From Geobacter sp. (GTDB taxonomy: Bacteria; Desulfobacterota; Desulfuromonadia; Geobacterales; Geobacteraceae): a stretch of DNA of 64,000 bases. The position numbers and the translations under genes are program-made. How positions within the stretch are numbered: position 1 is the first letter of the stretch; the number at the start of each line of letters is the position of its first letter. Under the pieces are notes generated by a model that saw only the letters and a program-made list of their open reading frames with translations, was not told the DNA's origin and made no database searches. The stretch is taken from contig PJFC01000007.1 in assembly GCA_003574885.1 (NCBI GenBank), positions 71,272-135,271 of the forward strand. The letters run 5' to 3'. Of the stretch, positions 48,545-57,846 are shown piece by piece.

Positions 48545-51430
48545 CTAACGTTTCCGACGGATCTCCAGCGTAGTCATGAGCCCGTCGGGAGTGAAGGCAA
48601 GTCGGGCGTCCACTTTCTCCAGGCTGTTGACCAGCTGCAAGGTTGGCGAGCGATCGTCACCAGCGGCTGGCTGCCGGGGCCTGCCCAGACTGCCATGGAC
48701 GCTACAACTGGTGATGCCGGTGGAGGGGTCGACCAGGTAGCGGCCACCGGCTGGGCAATAGGGGGTGTAGCCACGCAGAGCACTAATTGAGGATTCCAGC
48801 TGTTCCTGCGCCACCCCCAGGTTATTGAGCATGATTGCCGCCAGGGGAAGATTCTTCCGGCAGGCATGGCGCAGTTCCTCCTGGTAACCGAGGGAGACCG
48901 GTTCCGCCAGTTCTTTGAATGCGGAGCGGTAAACGGAAAGCTGCATGCTCCCCTGCGGGGCAGAAGATTTACCCTTTATTGCCAACCCGTCCATCAGGTC
49001 AGTTATGATGTCACGACGTGAGGCAATCACCAGACGGTCATCCACCACAGCGGTATACAGGCGGAGCTTCACCACGAACAGGGTAAAGTTGGTCACGTAG
49101 AGCGGTTTTCCCTGGTGGTTTTCCAGGGTGTAGGTCTCCACACCGAATTCGTCGTCGCGGGACGACGGCCCCAGGGCGCGGAAGAGCGTGGGAATCGACG
49201 CCTCCGCTTTAACCGGGTCCGTCACCTTCACGGTCAGGTAGGTGGGAAGATTGAGGGCCGACGCAAGGTAGCCGATTACCAAGGGTTCCAGAGAGGAGGT
49301 GCGCCCCGCTTCATGGCCGAGCATACCTAACCCCTGCCCCCCCAGGGTAAAGAGTACCTGGCCGTCACAGAGGTTGAGGGCCACGTCATCCCCCAGCCAC
49401 CCGAGATCGAGGCCGTTGCGATCCCTCAGTGCGCGCACCAGTTCGGTTCTTCGGAGCCAATCGGGGGAGATGTGCCCCCGCAACGAGATAACGGTCCGGG
49501 GCAGGAGGGCTGCTTCCGTGAGTGTCCCCTGGGAGCGGCCCGACAGGGCAACCAGCCCGTCGTACCAGGAATTTTCAATAAGCGGCAATATGCAGGTCTG
49601 GATGCGGATGGTCTCCCCCAGTTTCACCCGGATGCCGATCGGATCGAAGAATTGGGTCCAGTAGCGGTTGTAGTTTTCTACGAACGCCTTGTATTCTGCC
49701 GCTTCCCGGGGCGTAATCCGCTCCAGGGGGATTTCCCCGACCGGTGTGAGGAGACCAGGACGGTTGTGGATGGAACAGTAGGGCTCCCCCTTCTTGTCGA
49801 TGGCATAGACGCCGTGATCGGGACAGTGTGGTGGATTCGGCCCCAGATAGCCGCCGGCAACAAGCTCCGCCATGGTCGGCTCGCGGCGCTGCTCGGTGTG
49901 AAACCAGAGGCGGGCGTTGGCCAAAAGGGTCATATTGCCGGCGCAGCGCATCCTGCGAGCCTCGCCTATCTTCCAGCGGGGAGAAACCAGGGCGCGGATG
50001 TGGGGATCGGAGAGGTAGATGAAGATATCTTCTTCTCCTGCGTTCTGGGGGAAGATGGTCCGCATGTAGCGAAAATCGTCGGCTTGGGCCAAGGGAGGGA
50101 GCCGCTTCTCTGCCACGGCGACGATCCGCTCCAGGGCTTCCTTGCTGCTGGCAACCGCCGCAACGTCCCCCATGAGCAGGGTGTAGGAGGATATGCGCCG
50201 GTCGGCGGAGACAGCAGCAATCCCCCGGTGCCCATCGATGGTGAATTCGCTGCGCACACCCCCCTGCCGGGCAGCCTCGCGATATTTTTTCTCTATCTGC
50301 TTGCGGAAGCGATCCCTGTCTTTGAGGGAGAAGATCACAGTGAAGGCAGTCCCTTCCTTGAGAAACGGGTCGCTGCCCGTAAAGGCCATGTCGCCGATCA
50401 CCCGGTCGCCGAACATGCGGGTCAACAGGCTGTTCTCCAGGCAGAGCTGGCGGGAGAGCTTCTCCCTTACCTTGAAGTCACGGGCGCTCGTTTCCACCTG
50501 GCGCAGCAGGTTCCCTCCCCACTCGTCCATCAGGTCGGCCAGCTCCAGCTGCTTGGTGATGTCGGTGAAGAAGACCGCGTACTGGTCAGCCGGAATATAC
50601 GCGGACAGGAGGGGCACGGTGGGATTCTTCCCTTTCAGCATCTCTGGAAAGGGATGGGACTTCACTGCCGGGCCGACAAGGGTGGCAAGAGGTATATCAG
50701 CAGGCACGCCGGCGGTTGCCTTTTTAATGGCGTCCCGCTGGCTGAGGCTCTGGGGGGCATTGCCGAGAAGTTCCAACTGGAGGGATTCCTGGATGGCGGC
50801 CGCGCCGGTGAAGATGCTGTACAGATCGGGGGAATCGCGACGGAAGCGTGTCGTGTCCCCGCCGGCAGTCGGAGAAAGGCCGTAACGGGGGGCGATCATC
50901 CGGTTCCAGTACTGACTGAACGTATCGGAGTTCCCAGGGTCTGCCATCTGGAATGCGATCTGCTGCTGATGTGCCCAGGACTGCCGTACATCGGGGCGGG
51001 ATACGTCACTCGTGGGAAGCTTGAACTTGAGAGAGGCAAGCGGTTTGAGCACCCCGCCGGCCGGCCGGGCAAGGATGGTCAGCCGGGCCGCACCGGGCTT
51101 GCCGAAGCGGCCGGTGAGGGTCATGGTCCGTCCCTGCGTAACCGCCGCCACCTCGCCTTCATCTTGATCTTCCCGTGCTTGGCCTGACGCCATTGCGTGT
51201 ACCAGATACACATCCCCTTCTTCCACCCGCGCCAACAAGGAAAGTGGCCCGCTGGGTGCGTCCCCCTGCAGCGGGACCACCAGGCGGAAATATCCCTCAT
51301 TCCCGGCCCGATGAATCTCCGGAGTTATCACGGCTGTTGAAACACCGCCGGTGCCGACGGCGGCTATTGCTGCAAAGCAACCGAGTAAAAGGGTGACAAC
51401 CGCGAAGGCTATGATCGTTCGGCGTGACAT
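48545..51430 (-). CDS. large exported protein (961 aa), no recognisable domain
   Basis: Signal/anchor MSRRTIIAFAVVTLLLGC, with a clean ORF and codon usage like its neighbours. Two copies of a CPxxGxY...C(S)xH motif: HCPDHGVYAIDKKGEPYCSIH and YCPAGGRYLVDPSTGITSCSVHG. Confidence 0.8.
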   Translation of the reverse strand: MSRRTIIAFAVVTLLLGCFAAIAAVGTGGVSTAVITPEIHRAGNEGYFRLVVPLQGDAPSGPLSLLARVEEGDVYLVHAMASGQAREDQDEGEVAAVTQGRTMTLTGRFGKPGAARLTILARPAGGVLKPLASLKFKLPTSDVSRPDVRQSWAHQQQIAFQMADPGNSDTFSQYWNRMIAPRYGLSPTAGGDTTRFRRDSPDLYSIFTGAAAIQESLQLELLGNAPQSLSQRDAIKKATAGVPADIPLATLVGPAVKSHPFPEMLKGKNPTVPLLSAYIPADQYAVFFTDITKQLELADLMDEWGGNLLRQVETSARDFKVREKLSRQLCLENSLLTRMFGDRVIGDMAFTGSDPFLKEGTAFTVIFSLKDRDRFRKQIEKKYREAARQGGVRSEFTIDGHRGIAAVSADRRISSYTLLMGDVAAVASSKEALERIVAVAEKRLPPLAQADDFRYMRTIFPQNAGEEDIFIYLSDPHIRALVSPRWKIGEARRMRCAGNMTLLANARLWFHTEQRREPTMAELVAGGYLGPNPPHCPDHGVYAIDKKGEPYCSIHNRPGLLTPVGEIPLERITPREAAEYKAFVENYNRYWTQFFDPIGIRVKLGETIRIQTCILPLIENSWYDGLVALSGRSQGTLTEAALLPRTVISLRGHISPDWLRRTELVRALRDRNGLDLGWLGDDVALNLCDGQVLFTLGGQGLGMLGHEAGRTSSLEPLVIGYLASALNLPTYLTVKVTDPVKAEASIPTLFRALGPSSRDDEFGVETYTLENHQGKPLYVTNFTLFVVKLRLYTAVVDDRLVIASRRDIITDLMDGLAIKGKSSAPQGSMQLSVYRSAFKELAEPVSLGYQEELRHACRKNLPLAAIMLNNLGVAQEQLESSISALRGYTPYCPAGGRYLVDPSTGITSCSVHGSLGRPRQPAAGDDRSPTLQLVNSLEKVDARLAFTPDGLMTTLEIRRKR

Positions 51431-51525
51431 GGGAACTCCTTTCGTCCGGCACGCGGAAACTGTGGCCGGTTCTGTCGTTGATTCGACATGAAGAGTGTTC
51501 TGTTTTCATCATGGGGACAATGGCG

Positions 51526-54500
51526 TTAATTCCCACCGAATGCTGAAAGGGCGATCTCCCTGACCCCCTTCAGATCCAGCTTGCCGGTCCCGAGGATCGG
51601 CAGCGCATCCACCTCCAGATAACTGTCTTTTCCCGGTTTCCAGAGATTGGGAAGGTCGCTCTCCACCATCAATGTTTGCAGGCTCGCGCTGTCCGTAACC
51701 CCTTTCGTGTAGAGCACCACCAGTCGCTCCCCTCTCTTCTCGTCCGGGATGGAGGTGACCGCAACCACCTGCTGCTGACCCAGCCGAGCGTGCAGTTCGT
51801 CCTCTACCGCCCCGTGGGGGACCATCTCCCCGCCGATCTTGCTGAAGCGGGACAGCCGGTCGGTGATCCGGAGAAAGCCGTCCTGATCCATGATGCCGAT
51901 GTCGCCGGTGACGTACCAGCCGTCCCGGATCACCTCGGAGGTCTTGTCCGGACGGTTCAGGTAGCCGAGCATGATGTTCGGCCCCTTGACCAGCACGAGC
52001 CCGGCTTCTCCCGGCGGGAGGGTTGCGCCGCTTTCCGGATCGACCACCCTGAGGGCTACCCCCGGGATTGGGTGTCCGACGCTCCCTTCCTTGACCCCTT
52101 TCTGCCGTATCCCGTCGATCTCAACGTCCGGCAGGCTCAGGGTGATGACCGGCGACAACTCGGTGGCACCGTACCCTTCCATGGGACGGATGCCGAACTT
52201 TTCCTGGAAGGAGTCGGCCACTTTGGTCTTCAGTTTCTCGGCGCCGGTGATGACCAGGCGCAGGGTGGCAAAGTCCTCCTTCTTCGCCCGGCGGAGGTAG
52301 GCGAGAAGGAAGGTGGGTGTGGCAATGAGGAGAGTTGAGCCCCGTTCCCGCACCACCCGGGCGATGGTCTCGCCGTCCAGGGGATTGGGATGGTAGGCAG
52401 CGGAAAAGCCGGAGACCAGCGGTAGCCAGAGGGTGCCGGTGAACCCGAGGGAGTGGAAGAAGGGGAGCGCCGAGCAGATGTTGTCACGGGGGGAGACCCG
52501 GAACACCATCCGGAGCGCTTCCAGGTTGGACTGGATGTTGTGGGAGAGCATCACCCCCTTGGGCTCACCGGTGCTGCCGGATGAAAAGATGATGGTGGCG
52601 ACACGGTCGGCGGAAAAGCCTTCCGTGCTGACCAGTGCTTTGCGCGGCAGGAAGCGGGCCTTGAGCCAGGCAATCCTTTTCTGGTGAGGCGTAACGCCTC
52701 CCATTATCTCTTCCAGGAACACCATCCCCTCCAGTACAGGGAGAGAGCCGAGCTTTTCCAGGAAGGCCCGGGAGGTAACGATCGTCCGGATGCCACACTG
52801 TTCCACTGCCGAACGGATACCCTCGGGAGATGCGGTGTAGTTGAGATTGACCGGCACCTTCCCCGTCATGGTGATAGCGATGTTCGCCAACGCCCCTCCC
52901 GCCGATGGGGCCAGGAGAAGTCCGACCTTCTCCTGGCCGGTGATGAGGTTATCCAGCTTCCCGGCCATGAGGACCGCCCCGGTCAGCGCCTCGCCGTAAC
53001 TGAGGACCTTCCCTCCCGTGTCGGAGATGGCATGACTTCTCCAGTTACCGCGCGCCGATTCCACGAACAGCTCGGCCAGGGAGCGGCGCCGCGGCTTGCG
53101 CGACTCGAACCAGGCGCAGGAGAGCTCCATAACCGCCTGCCGAACTTCCGTCGCCGTGCTCTCAGCCGGGAGGGGCGCGCCGAAGATGATGGTCATCCGG
53201 TAGGGAAAGAGAGTTGGCCAGCGAGAGAGGAGCCGGCCATGGGCGTAAGAGAGGATGCTCCCCCAGGCGCCGCCGATATAGACAGGGATGATCGGATAGT
53301 CGCTCCCCTTGACGATTCGCTCGAAGCCCCCCTTGAATTCGCCGAGCATGCCGCTCCGCGTGATCGCGCCCTCGGCGAAGATACAGACCAGGTACCCTTC
53401 GTCCAGTGCCGCGCGGGCGGTGGCGATGAATTCCACCAGCCCTTTGCGGCCGTCTTTCGACGAGACAGGGATGACCTGCATCAGCCGGCAGAGCTGTTTC
53501 AAAACCGGCTTCTCGTAAATGTGACGGTCCATGACGAACCGGATGCGCCGCTGCTGGGTGGCGAGGAGCAGAAGGGCATCCAGCCAGGAGACGTGGTTGA
53601 CCACCAGCAGCGCAGGCCCTTCGCTCGGGACGAAGCGGTCGTCAATGACGCTGATCCGGTAGCAGATCCGCATCACCATGAGGGCGACGAAGCGGAGGAG
53701 GAAGTCGGGGAGTACCCGGAGGGTTATGATTGAAAGAACGAGGGTGATACAGGCGAGAACCGTGAAGCACCCGCCGGGGGAGACGCCGAGAGGACCGGAG
53801 AGGCACCAGAGGAGCCCCGAGGCGAGGAGCACCCCGACCCAGCTGAGAAAGCTGGAGGCAGCCAGGATTTCGCCTCGACGGTCTGCGGGACTGCGGAGCT
53901 GGATGAAGGACTGGAGCGGGACGATAAAAAGTCCCGCGGAGAGGCCAAACAGGAAGACCAGGACAAGCACGGACGGAAGGTTGGCCGGTACGGCGTGGAG
54001 GGCGAAGGCGCAGAGGGTAAGACCGACCGCGCCGATGGGAACCACACCGAATTCCACTGTCCGTCCCGACAAACGACCGGCGAGGAGGGAACCGAGGCCG
54101 ATGCCGAAAGCGGCCGCGAGGAACAGGTAGCCGCTCTCCTCCTGGCTGAGGCCGAGACGGACAATGCCGTAGGGGAGAAGGTTCAACTGGCAGAAGGCCC
54201 CGACGAAAAGGAAGTATGCCGCCCCTATTACCGCAAGGAGGAGATATCCGTCACTCCTGAGCCCCCTGAGTGTTCGGAAATAGCTGGTCGGCATCACCGC
54301 CAGCCGACGACCGGCTGCGGCAGTTGCTGTTATCGGGAGAGAGCGGGCAAGCATAAGACCGGCAACGGCAATCGCAATCCCCGCCAGTGATGCCGGTCCG
54401 TGACGCCCTCCCCACGCCTGGACAAGGAACGGCGCCAGGGCGGTGCCGCTTATGATTGCCATGAAAGAGAGCATCTCCAGGCGGCTATTGGCTTGGGAGA

Positions 54501-54915
54501 GCTCTTCCCGTTCCACGAGTTCGGGAACAATGCCGTACTTGGCCGGCGCCAGCAAAGCGCTGTGAGTGCCGAGAAGAAAAACCGTCAGATACAACAGGAC
54601 GGGAAGGCCGAGAAACAGGCCGACGCCGGCCAGCAGGGCAATGCCGACTTCCAGCAGCTTGACGCCGACGATGACCCGCTGCTTCGGGTAGCGGTCGGCG
54701 AGGGAACCGGCCAGGGCGGAAAAGAGGAGAAAAGGGGCAACGAAGGCGGCGCTGCCGATGGCGGTGATGGTGCCGGCAGCAGCCGTCCCCTGCAGGCCCA
54801 CCAGGTAAAAAACGATGATCAGCTTGATCAGGTTGTCGTTCAGCGCCCCCAGGGCCTGGGCCAGGTTCAGGCGGTTGAATGAGCCGGGAGCGGTTGTCTG
54901 TACTGTTGCATTCAT
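51526..54915 (-). CDS. triple fusion: MFS lysophospholipid transporter (LplT-like) / PlsC-type acyltransferase / acyl-ACP (AMP-forming) synthetase (Aas-like)
   Basis: 1129 aa from the ATG at 54915. About 12 N-terminal TM helices, NHVSWLDALLL (HX4D), and IIFSSGSTGEPKGVMLSH (AMP-binding motif I). Confidence 0.85.
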   Translation of the reverse strand: MNATVQTTAPGSFNRLNLAQALGALNDNLIKLIIVFYLVGLQGTAAAGTITAIGSAAFVAPFLLFSALAGSLADRYPKQRVIVGVKLLEVGIALLAGVGLFLGLPVLLYLTVFLLGTHSALLAPAKYGIVPELVEREELSQANSRLEMLSFMAIISGTALAPFLVQAWGGRHGPASLAGIAIAVAGLMLARSLPITATAAAGRRLAVMPTSYFRTLRGLRSDGYLLLAVIGAAYFLFVGAFCQLNLLPYGIVRLGLSQEESGYLFLAAAFGIGLGSLLAGRLSGRTVEFGVVPIGAVGLTLCAFALHAVPANLPSVLVLVFLFGLSAGLFIVPLQSFIQLRSPADRRGEILAASSFLSWVGVLLASGLLWCLSGPLGVSPGGCFTVLACITLVLSIITLRVLPDFLLRFVALMVMRICYRISVIDDRFVPSEGPALLVVNHVSWLDALLLLATQQRRIRFVMDRHIYEKPVLKQLCRLMQVIPVSSKDGRKGLVEFIATARAALDEGYLVCIFAEGAITRSGMLGEFKGGFERIVKGSDYPIIPVYIGGAWGSILSYAHGRLLSRWPTLFPYRMTIIFGAPLPAESTATEVRQAVMELSCAWFESRKPRRRSLAELFVESARGNWRSHAISDTGGKVLSYGEALTGAVLMAGKLDNLITGQEKVGLLLAPSAGGALANIAITMTGKVPVNLNYTASPEGIRSAVEQCGIRTIVTSRAFLEKLGSLPVLEGMVFLEEIMGGVTPHQKRIAWLKARFLPRKALVSTEGFSADRVATIIFSSGSTGEPKGVMLSHNIQSNLEALRMVFRVSPRDNICSALPFFHSLGFTGTLWLPLVSGFSAAYHPNPLDGETIARVVRERGSTLLIATPTFLLAYLRRAKKEDFATLRLVITGAEKLKTKVADSFQEKFGIRPMEGYGATELSPVITLSLPDVEIDGIRQKGVKEGSVGHPIPGVALRVVDPESGATLPPGEAGLVLVKGPNIMLGYLNRPDKTSEVIRDGWYVTGDIGIMDQDGFLRITDRLSRFSKIGGEMVPHGAVEDELHARLGQQQVVAVTSIPDEKRGERLVVLYTKGVTDSASLQTLMVESDLPNLWKPGKDSYLEVDALPILGTGKLDLKGVREIALSAFGGN

Positions 54916-54996
54916 GCAGTAACTCCTGTCGAAAGGCAATCGGACACGGAAACAGCGGAAACATCCGATAACGGCGGATACCACCTACCCCCTGGT

Positions 54997-56055
54997 TCAA
55001 AATCCGCTTTGATCCGTTTTTTCAGATTCGATCCGTGTTTCATTCTGTTGTGTTTGTGCCTCTCCCTGGAGGAGTGGCCTCAATAGTCTCGCCGTATTGC
55101 CGAATACCTCTGCCGGGACACCCAACGCCTCTTTGAGAAGAACGTCCCGGTCCCAGGGGTTCTTCTCGGCAAGTATCCGGACGAGGGTCCGGGGCGGAAC
55201 CCGGTAGGCGTGAAACCAGGGGGAGGTGATACCGGTGGAGGGAAGCGGCATGTCGGTGCCGTAGAGAAGCCGGCTGTGCAATTCTCCGTACTTCAGCAGC
55301 CGGGAGAGATGCCCGAGACGGTTCACCTGGGTCAGGGCGGAAATGTCGGCGTAGAGGTTGGGAAACTGTGCACAGAGGCGGAGAAAGCGCTGGTGGTTCG
55401 GCTCCCCCCCGTTCCTGCCATTGCTCGCGGCATGGGCAGCGATAACCGTCACCCCTTCCTGAAGAGGAAGACGGAGACGTTCCGGGTCTCCCAGCTCATC
55501 CCGTGAACGGGTAAAGGAACTTTCTTCGCCGGTGTGGGTCAGAAGAGGCAGCCCCAGCTCCCGGAGCCGTTGGTAAAACGGGATGATCCGCCGGTCGGCC
55601 GGATCGATATGCTGGATGGAGGGAAGCCACTTGACGAGTACCGCCCCGTCGGCATGGGCACGGTCCAATCGCTCCAGGGCATCGCCGCGCAAGGGGTTGA
55701 TGCTCGCCCCGAAGAGGAGATTGGGATAGCGGCGAATTTCGGCTGCGATGAACTCGTTGGGGATATAGAACTCGGTCTGTTCCCTGTCCAGTTCACCACG
55801 TTCACCCGCCACACCGTCCATGGCAAAAACCACGGCGGCGCCAACCCGGCTCGACCCCTCCAGACCAAGGGAGATGCGGTGCAGTATCAGGCCGTCCCCC
55901 TCCTGGAGCAGTTCCGTCTCGGTTATGCCGAAAGCCCGGAGGTAGATCCGGTATTTCCAGCTCCGCAGCAGAGCCGGAGAAACAAAACATCCGCTGCCAC
56001 CGGCCCCGATGCCGGCGGTATGACAGTGCACGTCGATGATGGGTGTGTCGGTCAT
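54997..56055 (-). CDS. metal-dependent amidohydrolase-superfamily (TIM-barrel) hydrolase
   Basis: Starts IIDVHCHTAG (HxH). I prefer the ATG at 56055 (GGGGAG RBS). The track starts at a GTG (56118), and the ATG at 56109 would abut or overlap the sigma54 element. Confidence 0.75.
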   Translation of the reverse strand: MTDTPIIDVHCHTAGIGAGGSGCFVSPALLRSWKYRIYLRAFGITETELLQEGDGLILHRISLGLEGSSRVGAAVVFAMDGVAGERGELDREQTEFYIPNEFIAAEIRRYPNLLFGASINPLRGDALERLDRAHADGAVLVKWLPSIQHIDPADRRIIPFYQRLRELGLPLLTHTGEESSFTRSRDELGDPERLRLPLQEGVTVIAAHAASNGRNGGEPNHQRFLRLCAQFPNLYADISALTQVNRLGHLSRLLKYGELHSRLLYGTDMPLPSTGITSPWFHAYRVPPRTLVRILAEKNPWDRDVLLKEALGVPAEVFGNTARLLRPLLQGEAQTQQNETRIESEKTDQSGF

Positions 56056-56120
56056 GGATTCCAGCTCCCCGGTTACGTTCTCCCTCTCCGTCAAGAGGAG
56101 AGTTTTCATGGCGATCACAT

Positions 56121-56136
56121 CGCAGGTATCATGCCA
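56121..56136 (-). promoter_or_regulatory. sigma54 (-24/-12) promoter match TGGCAT-N5-CTGC
   Basis: The minus strand reads cTGGCATgatacCTGCg. GG and GC have the canonical spacing, about 65 nt upstream of the ATG at 56055, and a sigma54 activator gene lies next door. Confidence 0.5.
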
Positions 56137-56242
56137 GGAGAGAAGCGTCAGCCTATCATACGGATAATGTTGGAGAAATAAAGCTGAAATTAACGTATGC
56201 TAAAATATTTCCGGAAGTTTATTGACACTTTATGACAGGTCG

Positions 56243-56259
56243 ATGTACATTTTGTGCAT
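56243..56259. promoter_or_regulatory. 17-bp dyad ATGTACA-N3-TGTGCAT, candidate activator-binding site (UAS)
   Basis: 7-3-7 inverted repeat with one mismatch, 107-123 bp upstream of the -24 element. It overlaps the likely start of the activator gene. Confidence 0.3.
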
Positions 56260-57754
56260 GGAACCGACATTGAAGCTTTCCGCAGCGAACAGGGAGTTTT
56301 TTTCCATGGTGGCCCGTGCAGCCTTCACCAACCCCTTCAGCCAGGAGCGGGTGGAAGTGGACCGGCAGATCGTTGGAGCGGCGCAGGCCATTTCCCGCGA
56401 CGAACTGGTGTCCCAGACCATCGCGCAGGTCGAGAAAAGGGTGCACAACCTCATGGCAGGGGGTAAAACCGACCTGCGCCGCTACACAGGGGAGGACCGG
56501 GATATCGTGCGAACGGTGGTCCTGTTCGACGTCTATCATCGCTTCCGCTTCGAATTCGACGCCCTTATCCTGCGCCAGATTGAGACCGGAGATACTCCCT
56601 GCCAGGTTCCCTTCGCGAGGGACGTCTTTTCCAGTCTGGAAGCCCAGGGGATCAGCAACGACGATGCCCGGCGCTATTTCGCCATCTTTTACCAGATCCG
56701 CCGTGCTTTCTACTTCATCGAAAACGGCCTCACCGGTCTCGCCCCTTCCATGGACACCCTGCGACTGCACCTCTGGGAAAATGTTTTTACCTCCGACATA
56801 AACTGGTACGAGAATCTCCTCTGGAACCGGATGGAGGATTTTTCCACCCTTCTGCTCGGAGAGACCGGCACAGGAAAAGGAGCTGCGGCTTCGGCCATCG
56901 GACGTTCAGGCTTCATCCCCTTTGATGAGAGGACGAAGTGTTTCAGCGAAAGCTTTACGCGCAACTTCATCTCCCTCAACCTTTCCCAGTACCCAGAATC
57001 GCTCCTGGAATCTGAGTTGTTCGGCCACAGGAAGGGCGCTTTTACCGGGGCTATCGAGAACCACGAAGGGATTTTCGCCCGCTGCACCCCTCACGGATCA
57101 ATCTTCCTCGACGAGATTGGTGACGTCTCCATACCGGTGCAGATAAAACTTCTGCAGATTCTCCAGGAGCGCACCTTTTCGCCGGTCGGAGGCCATGACC
57201 GGCTCCGTTTCAACGGCCGGGTCATCGCCGCCACCAATCGCCCCTTGGACGAAATGCGACAACAGGGACAATTCCGCGACGACTTTTACTACCGGCTCTG
57301 CTCCGACATCATTACCGTCCCTCCGTTACGACAACGGCTTCAGGAGGAGCCACGCGAACTGGAGGTGCTGGTGGCCGGCATTCTCACGAGAATGATTGGT
57401 ACTGACGGAAAGTCAATGGTGGGGCTGGTTTGCGAGATTATAAGCAAGGACGTGAGACAGGACTATCCTTGGGAAGGTAACGTTCGGGAATTGGAACAGG
57501 CTGTGCGACGGATTATCCTCACCCGTCACTACCTGGGGGGCAAGCGGGTTGCCGCGAGCAACTTGCGCGAGCAACTGTTCGCCGGCATTGAATCAGGCAC
57601 CAAAGATGCCCAGACTCTGTTGGCTGAATATTGCTGCCTCCTCTACCGCCAACACGGCACCTTTGAAGAGGTGGCTCGCCGCACCGGCCTCGATCGACGC
57701 ACGGTAAAGAAATATATCCGGATAGTTGCATCAGACAGCCAGGAACGCAGCTAA
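56258..57754 (+). CDS. sigma54-dependent transcriptional activator (bEBP) without receiver domain; unrecognised about 190-aa N-terminal domain
   Basis: LLLGETGTGKG Walker A, ESELFGHRKGAFTGA (GAFTGA), FRDDFYYRL, and C-terminal HTH (EEVARRTGLDRRTVKKYI). The track start at 56222 is a TTG inside a TTGACA-N18-TACATT promoter-like motif. Confidence 0.85.
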   Translation: MEPTLKLSAANREFFSMVARAAFTNPFSQERVEVDRQIVGAAQAISRDELVSQTIAQVEKRVHNLMAGGKTDLRRYTGEDRDIVRTVVLFDVYHRFRFEFDALILRQIETGDTPCQVPFARDVFSSLEAQGISNDDARRYFAIFYQIRRAFYFIENGLTGLAPSMDTLRLHLWENVFTSDINWYENLLWNRMEDFSTLLLGETGTGKGAAASAIGRSGFIPFDERTKCFSESFTRNFISLNLSQYPESLLESELFGHRKGAFTGAIENHEGIFARCTPHGSIFLDEIGDVSIPVQIKLLQILQERTFSPVGGHDRLRFNGRVIAATNRPLDEMRQQGQFRDDFYYRLCSDIITVPPLRQRLQEEPRELEVLVAGILTRMIGTDGKSMVGLVCEIISKDVRQDYPWEGNVRELEQAVRRIILTRHYLGGKRVAASNLREQLFAGIESGTKDAQTLLAEYCCLLYRQHGTFEEVARRTGLDRRTVKKYIRIVASDSQERS

Positions 57755-57818
57755 TTCGCGGTCACACACCAGAGAGTAACTTGTCCGGCTGGCACCCTCC
57801 CCTACGGCCGGGCTTGAT

Positions 57819-57846
57819 TTGACATTCATAACTCTTACGACATAAT
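57819..57846 (+). promoter_or_regulatory. sigma70-like promoter candidate upstream of the NosL cluster (TTGACA-N16-CATAAT)
   Basis: Read directly. It would give a leader of about 160 nt before the ATG at 58015. Confidence 0.35.

Noticed and set aside
49472-51187. 571-aa plus-strand ORF opposite the 961-aa exported protein. Similar long antisense ORFs occur at 4479..5642, 7852..8721, 11323..12336, 13047..14126, 25074..25937, 38412..39563, 40976..42268, 52684..53733 and 61994..63187.
   Set aside because: All lie antisense to ORFs with clear family motifs or signal peptides and show the Pro/Arg/Gly-rich look of non-coding GC-rich frames.
57790-57804. TGGCAC hexamer between the sigma54 activator gene and nosL
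   Set aside because: The sequence 5 nt downstream is CCTA, so there is no GC dinucleotide at -12. It does not fit a sigma54 promoter. Only the weaker TGGCAA-N5-GAGC at 57897-57911 remains, mentioned under the NosL cluster.
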